DNA of 64,000 bases, taken from NCBI GenBank assembly GCA_017412085.1, contig JAFPYS010000016.1:1720-65719 (forward strand), given 5' to 3'. Within the stretch, counting starts at the first letter, position 1. Each line of letters starts with the position of its first letter. A program made the position numbers and the translations under genes. This document shows, piece by piece, positions 56,882 to 64,000 of this stretch. The notes under the pieces are model-generated. The model worked only from the letters and a program-made list of their open reading frames with translations, did not search any database and was not told the DNA's origin. The DNA is from Alphaproteobacteria bacterium. GTDB taxonomy: Bacteria > Pseudomonadota > Alphaproteobacteria > CAAHEQ01 > UBA3637.

Positions 56882-57103
56882 ATGGAAAAAACATTTGGAT
56901 CTCATAACTGCCCGTTTTGCAAAGCCGGCGTTAAAGAAATTGATTACAAAGATTTACGTTTGATTACAAAATACATCGCTGAACGTGGTAAAATGACACC
57001 AGCCCGTGTTTCTGGATTGTGTGCCAAACACCAACGCAGCATGGCTAAGGCCATCAAGCGCGCTCGTTTCTTGGCATTCTTGCCATTTGTAAGCGAAGAA
57101 TAA
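56882..57103 (+). CDS. rpsR: 30S ribosomal protein S18
   Basis: Start at MEKTFG, 1 nt after the rpsF stop. CPFC..IDYKD..L..YI.ERGKM..ARVSG.C.KHQR...AIKRAR. Confidence 0.93.
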   Translation: MEKTFGSHNCPFCKAGVKEIDYKDLRLITKYIAERGKMTPARVSGLCAKHQRSMAKAIKRARFLAFLPFVSEE

Positions 57104-57113
57104 GGAGGCTCTT

Positions 57114-57767
57114 ATGGAAATTATCTTATTAGAACGTATTGACAGACTCGGCCAAATGGGCGATGTTGTGAACGTTAAAAACGGTTATGCTCGCAATTAC
57201 TTATTCCCTCAAAAGAAAGCATTGCGTAAGACCGCCGATAACATGAAAGCTTTTGAAGCCAAACGTGCTGAATATGAAGCCATGAATGCCAAATTAAAGG
57301 CTGATGCTGAAAAATTGGCAAAAGATTTAAATGGCTTGTCCGTGACAATCATTCGTCAAGCCGCCGAAACGGGCCAATTATACGGTTCTGTGACCGGCCG
57401 CGATGTTTGTGACGCGATTGCTGAAAAAGGCTTTAAAGTGGAACGTCGCCATGTTGAATTGAATACACCATTCAAGGTGATGGGTGTATTTGATGTGGTA
57501 TTAAAATTGCACCCAGATGTTCAACAAACAATTCGCGTGAATATTGCACGTTCTGAAGCGGAAGCTCAAAAGGCTGCTCAAAAAGCAACAAAGGCCGCAA
57601 AAGCTGAAAAAGAAGCTACCGCTGTAAAAGCTGTGGCTGAAGAAGCTCCTAAGGCAGAAAAAGTCGAAGAAGCAAAGGCTGAAGAACCAAAAGCTGAAAA
57701 GAAAGCTGCTAAAAAACCAGCTGCCAAAAAGGCAACAAAGGCCAAAAAGGCAAAAGACGCTGAATAA
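57114..57767 (+). CDS. rplI: 50S ribosomal protein L9 with a Lys/Ala-rich C-terminal extension
   Basis: MEIILLERIDRLGQMGDVVNVKNGYARNYLFP, plus a ~65-aa AKE-rich tail. Confidence 0.93.
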   Translation: MEIILLERIDRLGQMGDVVNVKNGYARNYLFPQKKALRKTADNMKAFEAKRAEYEAMNAKLKADAEKLAKDLNGLSVTIIRQAAETGQLYGSVTGRDVCDAIAEKGFKVERRHVELNTPFKVMGVFDVVLKLHPDVQQTIRVNIARSEAEAQKAAQKATKAAKAEKEATAVKAVAEEAPKAEKVEEAKAEEPKAEKKAAKKPAAKKATKAKKAKDAE

Positions 57768-57786
57768 GCTTTCTTTAAAACAAATA

Positions 57787-57818
57787 AAAACGGGAACCAA
57801 ATCGGCTCCCGTTTTTTT
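57787..57818. terminator. terminator between rplI and yacG
   Basis: aacgggaacc/ggctcccgtt stem (one mismatch) followed by T7. Confidence 0.7.
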
Positions 57819-58014
57819 ATTCTTCCTCTTCTTCAGATTGGATTTTTTTCAATGCCTCATCTTCGGGCGTTTCATTGGTATGCACGACATACGTCCCTTT
57901 TAACCAACGCCCCCAATCAATGTCGGCGCACTTTTTGGAACAAAAGGGCTGATACTCCACAACGGCCTGTTTGCCGCAAATAGGACATTTTTTATTCAAG
58001 ATTGGTGTTGTCAT
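57817..58014 (-). CDS. yacG: DNA gyrase inhibitor YacG (zinc-ribbon)
   Basis: CPICGK....YQPFCSKKCADIDWGRW signature. Confidence 0.85.
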   Translation of the reverse strand: MTTPILNKKCPICGKQAVVEYQPFCSKKCADIDWGRWLKGTYVVHTNETPEDEALKKIQSEEEEE

Positions 58015-58433
58015 TAATCCCTCGGCGCTTGCGTGCGTTCACGACGTTCGTGGCGTTCCTGAGCCTCAATACACAATGTGGCAGTTGGACGCGCTTCCAA
58101 ACGCAATACACCGATTGGATCGCCCGTTTCCAAGCAATACCCATAGGTGCCATCTTCAATACGATCCAAAGCTGCATTAATTTTCTCAATCAACTTACGA
58201 TCACGATCACGGGCTTTCATCGCCAACGCTTGCTCGATTTCTTTTGTCGCGCGATCATTGATATCAGCTTCCTGCAAATCACTTTCTTGAAGGTCCGTCA
58301 ACGCTCTGGCCATACCACGCAACAAGTTACGACGCCAATCAATCAGCTTTTGTTTAAAATACTCCAGCTGGCGTTCACACATATATTCTTCTTTTTCCGA
58401 AGGACGATAGTTTTTTGGCAGTTTTACGGTCAT
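58014..58433 (-). CDS. dksA: RNA polymerase-binding transcription factor DksA (2-Cys variant)
   Basis: Coiled-coil DxxDxA tip (INDRATKEIEQA). The C-terminus YGYCLETGDPI..RLEARPTATLCIEAQ has only two of the four zinc Cys. Confidence 0.88.
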   Translation of the reverse strand: MTVKLPKNYRPSEKEEYMCERQLEYFKQKLIDWRRNLLRGMARALTDLQESDLQEADINDRATKEIEQALAMKARDRDRKLIEKINAALDRIEDGTYGYCLETGDPIGVLRLEARPTATLCIEAQERHERRERTQAPRD

Positions 58434-58460
58434 AGGGGCCTCCTTCCAGTTAGCACTTAT

Positions 58461-58489
58461 TTAATACCCGAAAATTTGGATAAAGTCAA
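58461..58489 (-). promoter_or_regulatory. promoter for dksA-yacG
   Basis: Minus strand TTGACT, 17 nt spacer, TATTAA. Confidence 0.5.
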
Positions 58490-58498
58490 GATTTATTT

Positions 58499-58828
58499 TT
58501 ATCTTTGGAATCTGGAACGCGTCCACATGCCACTGGCCACCAAGCGCAAAGTTTCGCGATTATCATTTGGTGCCACTTTATTAGGACGTGTATGTCCGCA
58601 TTTTTTGCATTTCTGAATCACATATTCTTTGCCATTTTTCATTTCATAACCCATTGGTTCCATAATACCATGGCAAGTTGAAGCCCGATCCCCTGGATTA
58701 ATATCTACGTGTTTACTGGCCAAACAATTCGGGCAATGGTTTGTATAACCATTTCCATGAACTTGTTCTCCACAAACTTCACAGGTAAAATCTTCTTGTG
58801 TTCTGGTAAATTGAGCTTTTTCTAACAT
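58499..58828 (-). CDS. RNHCP domain protein (zinc-ribbon)
   Basis: Start at MLEKAQF. FTCEVCG..., YTNHCPNCLASKHVD, CKKCGH. Confidence 0.75.
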   Translation of the reverse strand: MLEKAQFTRTQEDFTCEVCGEQVHGNGYTNHCPNCLASKHVDINPGDRASTCHGIMEPMGYEMKNGKEYVIQKCKKCGHTRPNKVAPNDNRETLRLVASGMWTRSRFQR

Positions 58829-58834
58829 GCAGAT

Positions 58835-58863
58835 ATTATAACATAAAACCCACAAAAAATCAA
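58835..58863 (-). promoter_or_regulatory. promoter for the RNHCP gene (leaderless arrangement)
   Basis: Minus strand TTGATT, 17 nt spacer, TATAAT. The ATG is 6 nt after the -10. The -35 overlaps the glgX stop. Confidence 0.65.
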
Positions 58864-60935
58864 GCTTTTTTCACTTCTTTCAACACCATCACGGACCAAG
58901 CTGGCACTTTTAATCCATTGGCGCGCACAACAGCTTTATCTGTCGCTAGTGCGATCTTCCAATTTTTCCCCGCAGTGGGTGATGGCAATTTCCACTTTAA
59001 TTCCTTATCAAATCCATTAAAAATAAAGAACAAATTTCCTGTTTCTTCTTTAATACGACAAGATAAAGCACGCACGAAGTACTCCCAATCTTTATCTTTC
59101 ATGCGCTCTGCATCTGGACGGAACCAAACACACTCCTCGGCTGTCAAAAAATTATCCTGAGATGTCACTTTGTTGGCATGTCTAAATCGGTTAAAATCTT
59201 TCACCAATTTTAACATTTCTTTGCCTTCTGGCGTCACATCTTCCCAATCCGTCCACGACAAAGCATTATCTTGTGCATATAAATTATTATTACCATTATT
59301 AGACTGCAATACTTCATCCCCAGAACGGATCATCGGCGTGCCCATGGAAAGCAATAAAGTGGCCATCAATGACTTGGCTCGAGCGAATCTGTTCCTTAAC
59401 ACGGCTTCATTGGTTGTTTTGCCTTCTTCGCCACCGTTCCAAGAAGCATTATCATCACGCCCATCTCGATTGGCCTCTTGATTTGCCTCATTATGCTTTT
59501 CATTATAACTGACAAGATCTGCCAAGGAAAAACCATCGTGTGCTGTTATAAAGTTAACAGATTCCCACGATTTTCGACCATTTCTGTCATATAAATCAGG
59601 CGATCCCAAAAAGCGCTTTGTGAAATTTTGCGCCTGCCCCATATCTCCACGCCAAAAATGACGCATCGTGTCTCTGAATTGATCATTCCATTCTGCCCAT
59701 CCTGGACGGAAAGTGCCAACTTGATATCCACCGTTACCCAAATCCCATGGCTCTGCAATCAATTTTAATCGTTGTAACACAGGATCTTGCTGAACCACCG
59801 ACAAGAAATCATTGTTGCGCGTAAAAGTGTTTTGATCATCGCGTGCCAATGTCGTTGCCAAATCAAATCGGAAACCATCAATTTGCATGCTATCCGCCCA
59901 ATAACGCAAAGAATCCATAACTAATTGCAAAACACGCGGATGTTCCAAATTAAAACTTGCGCCACAACCCGTTGTATCTTCATAATATCGCGGATTTTCT
60001 TTATTTAAACGATAATAAACTGCATTATCTATACCACGATAACAAAGTGTTGGACCAAGCTGATTGCCCTCTGCCGTATGATTGAAAACCACATCCAAAA
60101 TAACCTCAATACCCGCTTCATGCAATGTGCGCACAGCCCATTTAACCTCAGAAGTAGCCCCTGTCGCCAAATAGGGTGTATGAGGTGTCATAAACAAAAT
60201 AGGATCATAACCCCAATAATTCGTCAACCCTTTATCACGTAGAATACCATCCGTTCTAAAACTGGCAATTGGTAATAATTCAACAGCAGTAATTCCTAAT
60301 GATTTTAAATACTGAATCACTTTCTTTGTGGAAAGGCCATCAAAAGTTCCACGCAAGGCCTTATCAACTTCTGAATTCAAGGCCGTAAAGCCCTTGATAT
60401 GTGTTTCATAAACAACCTCATCACTCCAAGGAGTTTTAGGTTTTTCAATACCGCCCCAATCAAAGTAATTCTCGTCCACCACAATACATTTAGGCATCAC
60501 AGAAACACTATCTTCACGAGAAAAAGATAAATCACCTCTGGGGCTGGAAGGAATGTATCCCAGCTGGGCATTATGGGCTTCCACGGGGGCAGTCAGCTTT
60601 TTACAATATGGATCCAACACCAATTTGTTGGGATTAAAGCGCATTCCCTTTTCGGGATCATAGGGGCCATACACACGATACGCATAACGTTGTCCCCAGC
60701 GCAATCCTTCCACATATCCATGAAATACTTCATCCGTATAATTGGGCAAAACAATACGTTCTTCATTGTTACCATCATGATCAAATAAACACAGCTCAAC
60801 TTTTGTGGCATGTTTAGAAAACAAGGCAAAATTCACACCGTTTTTATCAACGGTGGACCCCAATGGATAAGGCAAACCCGCAAGCACCTTGTATGTCATT
60901 TGATGATAATACCCTTCCCCCTTGGTATTTAACAT
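58860..60935 (-). CDS. glgX: glycogen debranching enzyme GlgX
   Basis: GLPYPLGSTVDKNGVNFALFS, GH13 motifs (DVVFNHT, GFRFDLA, EPWD, FITAHDGF). An alternative start is MTYKVL at 60899. Confidence 0.9.
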   Translation of the reverse strand: MLNTKGEGYYHQMTYKVLAGLPYPLGSTVDKNGVNFALFSKHATKVELCLFDHDGNNEERIVLPNYTDEVFHGYVEGLRWGQRYAYRVYGPYDPEKGMRFNPNKLVLDPYCKKLTAPVEAHNAQLGYIPSSPRGDLSFSREDSVSVMPKCIVVDENYFDWGGIEKPKTPWSDEVVYETHIKGFTALNSEVDKALRGTFDGLSTKKVIQYLKSLGITAVELLPIASFRTDGILRDKGLTNYWGYDPILFMTPHTPYLATGATSEVKWAVRTLHEAGIEVILDVVFNHTAEGNQLGPTLCYRGIDNAVYYRLNKENPRYYEDTTGCGASFNLEHPRVLQLVMDSLRYWADSMQIDGFRFDLATTLARDDQNTFTRNNDFLSVVQQDPVLQRLKLIAEPWDLGNGGYQVGTFRPGWAEWNDQFRDTMRHFWRGDMGQAQNFTKRFLGSPDLYDRNGRKSWESVNFITAHDGFSLADLVSYNEKHNEANQEANRDGRDDNASWNGGEEGKTTNEAVLRNRFARAKSLMATLLLSMGTPMIRSGDEVLQSNNGNNNLYAQDNALSWTDWEDVTPEGKEMLKLVKDFNRFRHANKVTSQDNFLTAEECVWFRPDAERMKDKDWEYFVRALSCRIKEETGNLFFIFNGFDKELKWKLPSPTAGKNWKIALATDKAVVRANGLKVPAWSVMVLKEVKKA

Positions 60936-60990
60936 AGTACAAAAAACTGAAAAAGGAAAGAAAAATATTGTTTTTTTTTAATTTCCGTGC

Positions 60991-61785
60991 TTATTGAAAC
61001 AGTTTATCTGGAAAAATTTCTTCAATTTTTTTAACCAATTGCTCTTGTTGTTTTTTCACTGGGGTTATTTCAGGAACAATTTTCTCACAAATAATTCTTT
61101 TAAAACGAACAAAAAATTGTTCTTTTTGCGCCATTTGAACGGCAGCTTTTGTCTTCAAGCCATAATACCAACACAATTGCGCCAACACCATATTTAGGAA
61201 CGTGCGTTCTTTGGCTCTTTCAATTTTCACGGGACGACGTTCTTTGACCGCACAAAGCACTTCCTCATCAATTTTTATTTCGCCTTTTGCGCGTGGGAAA
61301 TACTGAAAAATATGTTTCAACCAAATATCTATGTGCGCAATCTGATAACTAATATTCGCCAACATATCAGCATCGCGCACATAATTTAAAACCATCCGAC
61401 AATCTTTGGGATCTTTATCCGATGGTAATTTATTGTGTCGTAAAGTCGTCTCAGCTTCTATTTTCATTTTCGGCAAATATTTTTTAATTAAATCCGCCCC
61501 TATTTTTCCATGATCCACCATCCTCAAATGCTCACCATTTTTAAATTCATGGCATCGTCCGATATCATGTAAAACCGCTGCATCTAAAATGTGTTTTTGC
61601 ATACCCTTCGAAAGCTTAGGCCTTGTATGATTAATTAGCCCCTGAGCCATCTTGACCACATCAAAGGTATGAATCAATTTATGAACGTTCCAATCCAAAT
61701 CTTCCTGTGTATCAAAATGGCAAATTTTATTGACATATTCTTGAACCAAAACACGCGTTACTTTATCTGATAAATCAATTTGCAT
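60991..61785 (-). CDS. HD-domain phosphohydrolase-like protein
   Basis: 264 aa. H..D...LHDIGR...DHG pattern. Starts immediately after the glgB stop. Confidence 0.7.
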   Translation of the reverse strand: MQIDLSDKVTRVLVQEYVNKICHFDTQEDLDWNVHKLIHTFDVVKMAQGLINHTRPKLSKGMQKHILDAAVLHDIGRCHEFKNGEHLRMVDHGKIGADLIKKYLPKMKIEAETTLRHNKLPSDKDPKDCRMVLNYVRDADMLANISYQIAHIDIWLKHIFQYFPRAKGEIKIDEEVLCAVKERRPVKIERAKERTFLNMVLAQLCWYYGLKTKAAVQMAQKEQFFVRFKRIICEKIVPEITPVKKQQEQLVKKIEEIFPDKLFQ

Positions 61786-63966
61786 TTAATTTCCTTTTAT
61801 TTCAAAACAAACAACAGCTAATGGCGGCAACACAACACGCAAAGCATATTTTTTAAAATTCCAACCGGGTTCTTCCGTTTGAATATCGCCTATGTTTTTC
61901 GTGTCACTTCCTCCATAACACTTCAAGTCAGAATTAAACACCTCGTGATACACGCCCTTTTCATCCGTTCCAACGCGGTAATTATATCGAGGAACAGGCG
62001 TAAAATTACACGCCACAATCAAAGTATGTCCTTCTTGATCCTTACGCACAAAGGTCAAACACGAATTTTCACCATCAGATCCATCAATCCATTCAAATCC
62101 GGAAGCTTCTTCATCCAAACCAAACAAAGCCGAGTGTTCTTTATAAAATTTATTTAAATCCTTGACAAGATCTTGAACTCCTTTGTGAACCGGGTATTGC
62201 AATAAATCCCATTGCAGCTCAGATTGGTAATTCCATTCGGATGTTGCCCCCAACTCATCCCCCATAAACAATAACTTTTTACCAGGATGCATAAACATAT
62301 AACTGTAATAAGCTCTTAAATTAGCGAAACGTTGCCATTCATCCCCGGGCATCCGATTTAAAATAGTTCCCTTGCCATACACTACCTCATCATGGGAAAG
62401 CGGTAACACAAAATTTTCCGTAAACGCATACAAAAATCCAAATGTCAGCTCATTATGATGATACTTGCGGTTAACGGGATCCTCTTTCATATAATTCAAT
62501 GTATCATGCATCCATCCCATATTCCATTTATAACCAAAACCAAGACCGCCAAGATATGTTGGGCGCGATACCATTGGCCATGCGGTTGATTCTTCTGCAA
62601 ATGTTGTTACACCAGTGTTTTCGGCAAACACCAACTCATTCAACCGGCGCAAAAATTGAATGGCTTCCAAGTTCTCTCTGCCACCATACTTATTAGGAAT
62701 CCATTCACCTTCCTTGCGCGAATAGTCCAAATACAGCATGCTTGCCACCGCATCCACGCGCAAGCCATCGATATGATATTCGCGAATCCAAAACAACGCA
62801 TTTGCCAGCAAAAAATTAGCCACTTCATTGCGTCCATAGTTATAGATTTTTGTGCCCCAATCCTTGTGTTCTCCCAAACGCGGATCCGCATGTTCATATA
62901 ACGCTGTGCCATCAAAATTTGCCAATCCAAAAGCATCTTTGGGGAAATGCGCCGGCACCCAATCCATAATGACACCTATGCCCGCCTGATGCAAACAATC
63001 AATTAAATATCGAAAATCACCCGGAGTTCCATAGCGACTTGTCGGCGCATAAAGACCTGTTTCCTGGTACCCCCAGCTTCCATCAAAAGGATATTCCGCA
63101 ACTGGTAATAATTCTACATGCGTAAAACCCATTTCCTTGACGTATTTTGGCAATTCTTCCGCCATCTCGATATACGTCATCCAACGACCCTCTTTACGCT
63201 TCCACGACCCCAAATGCACTTCATAAATAGAAATTGGGGCTGCGCGATCATTTTTTTCTTTGCGTTCCTTTAACCAGTCCTCATCATGCCAACTATAGCT
63301 GTTAATGTCATATACCAGACTTCCCGCTTTTGGCCGCACCTCTTGAACAAAAGCAAACGGGTCCGCTTTCAATGGCAACAATCGCCCCGATTTATCCGTC
63401 AGTTCGTATTTATAAATATCCCACTCATGAAGATTCGGAATAAAAAGCTCCCAAATACCACTTGAACCACGTGGCCGCATCATGTGGCGCCGACCATCCC
63501 AACCATTAAAGCTACCAACAACGCTTACACGTGTTGCGTTCGGAGCCCAAACCGCAAAGCAAACCCCATTAACACCCTGATGATTTATTAAATGTGCTCC
63601 CAGCTTTTTGTATATTTCTAAATGATTACCTTCATTATATAGATATAAGTCCGTTTCACCTAAAACCGGCAAAAAACTGTATGGATCTTGGGTCGTTTGA
63701 ACGTTATCTTCCGACCATTTGATTTTTAATTGATAAGGTGTATATTCCGTCGCATCTGGTAATTCCAGTGTAAAAAAACCATCCGTCAGTGTGTGCATCA
63801 TTTCACCCAATGGCGTACCATCTGGTGTGAACACAGAAACACCCATTGCGCCCGGTTGAATTGTCCGAATAACCCAACCTTTCTCCATCTGATGTTGTCC
63901 CAAGAAGGAAAATGGATCCCCTTGAAAACGACCAGCCAACATATCTGATGCAGTATTATCCACCAT
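61786..63966 (-). CDS. glgB: 1,4-alpha-glucan branching enzyme GlgB
   Basis: 726 aa. CBM48 plus GH13 motifs ([34 protein letters not shown]). Confidence 0.95.
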   Translation of the reverse strand: MVDNTASDMLAGRFQGDPFSFLGQHQMEKGWVIRTIQPGAMGVSVFTPDGTPLGEMMHTLTDGFFTLELPDATEYTPYQLKIKWSEDNVQTTQDPYSFLPVLGETDLYLYNEGNHLEIYKKLGAHLINHQGVNGVCFAVWAPNATRVSVVGSFNGWDGRRHMMRPRGSSGIWELFIPNLHEWDIYKYELTDKSGRLLPLKADPFAFVQEVRPKAGSLVYDINSYSWHDEDWLKERKEKNDRAAPISIYEVHLGSWKRKEGRWMTYIEMAEELPKYVKEMGFTHVELLPVAEYPFDGSWGYQETGLYAPTSRYGTPGDFRYLIDCLHQAGIGVIMDWVPAHFPKDAFGLANFDGTALYEHADPRLGEHKDWGTKIYNYGRNEVANFLLANALFWIREYHIDGLRVDAVASMLYLDYSRKEGEWIPNKYGGRENLEAIQFLRRLNELVFAENTGVTTFAEESTAWPMVSRPTYLGGLGFGYKWNMGWMHDTLNYMKEDPVNRKYHHNELTFGFLYAFTENFVLPLSHDEVVYGKGTILNRMPGDEWQRFANLRAYYSYMFMHPGKKLLFMGDELGATSEWNYQSELQWDLLQYPVHKGVQDLVKDLNKFYKEHSALFGLDEEASGFEWIDGSDGENSCLTFVRKDQEGHTLIVACNFTPVPRYNYRVGTDEKGVYHEVFNSDLKCYGGSDTKNIGDIQTEEPGWNFKKYALRVVLPPLAVVCFEIKGN

Positions 63967-64000
63967 TAAATCCCCAAAATAAGCCGGGTTGTTTACCCGA

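Overview
Dense, AT-leaning bacterial chromosome segment, roughly nine-tenths coding. I saw no rRNA, CRISPR array, IS element or prophage signature. The backbone is housekeeping and looks alphaproteobacterial: DUF3126, a HemX/Mic60-like plus HemY-like pair, rplU-rpmA-obg, yidC-engB-mnmE-mnmG, kdsD-lptC/A-lptB, mlaA-mlaC, rpsF-rpsR-rplI and a 2-Cys DksA. This taxonomic placement is inference only. Central metabolism looks fermentative and glycogen-storing: a PfkA-family PFK, a long PPi-dependent PFK, pta-ackA and glgB-HD-glgX. There are three tRNAs (CAU, Leu-UAG, Pro-CGG). Near-consensus sigma70 promoters (TTGACA-N16-18-TATAAT) and rho-independent terminators are easy to read, so transcription units can be delimited. 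Several genes appear leaderless. Accessory islets sit between the housekeeping blocks. (1) A family of secreted, extremely cysteine-rich proteins: a 995-aa member with eukaryote-style CxxC modules followed by a secreted Sel1 protein, and a 233-aa paralog with a novel Cys/Trp repeat. (2) Two translationally coupled, secreted RNI-type leucine-rich-repeat proteins. (3) A Chlamydia-like AaxA/AaxB/AaxC arginine decarboxylase, antiporter and porin set next to eptA plus a lipid kinase. (4) A sharply GC-rich two-gene cassette encoding a proline-rich lipoprotein and an anchored repeat protein. (5) A pair of membrane-anchored paralogs of unknown function. (6) A stripped-down Clp/Hsp100 ATPase with a degenerate first AAA module. 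An apparent LptC-LptA single-polypeptide fusion is also notable. Every functional call rests on motif recognition by eye; no database search was possible.
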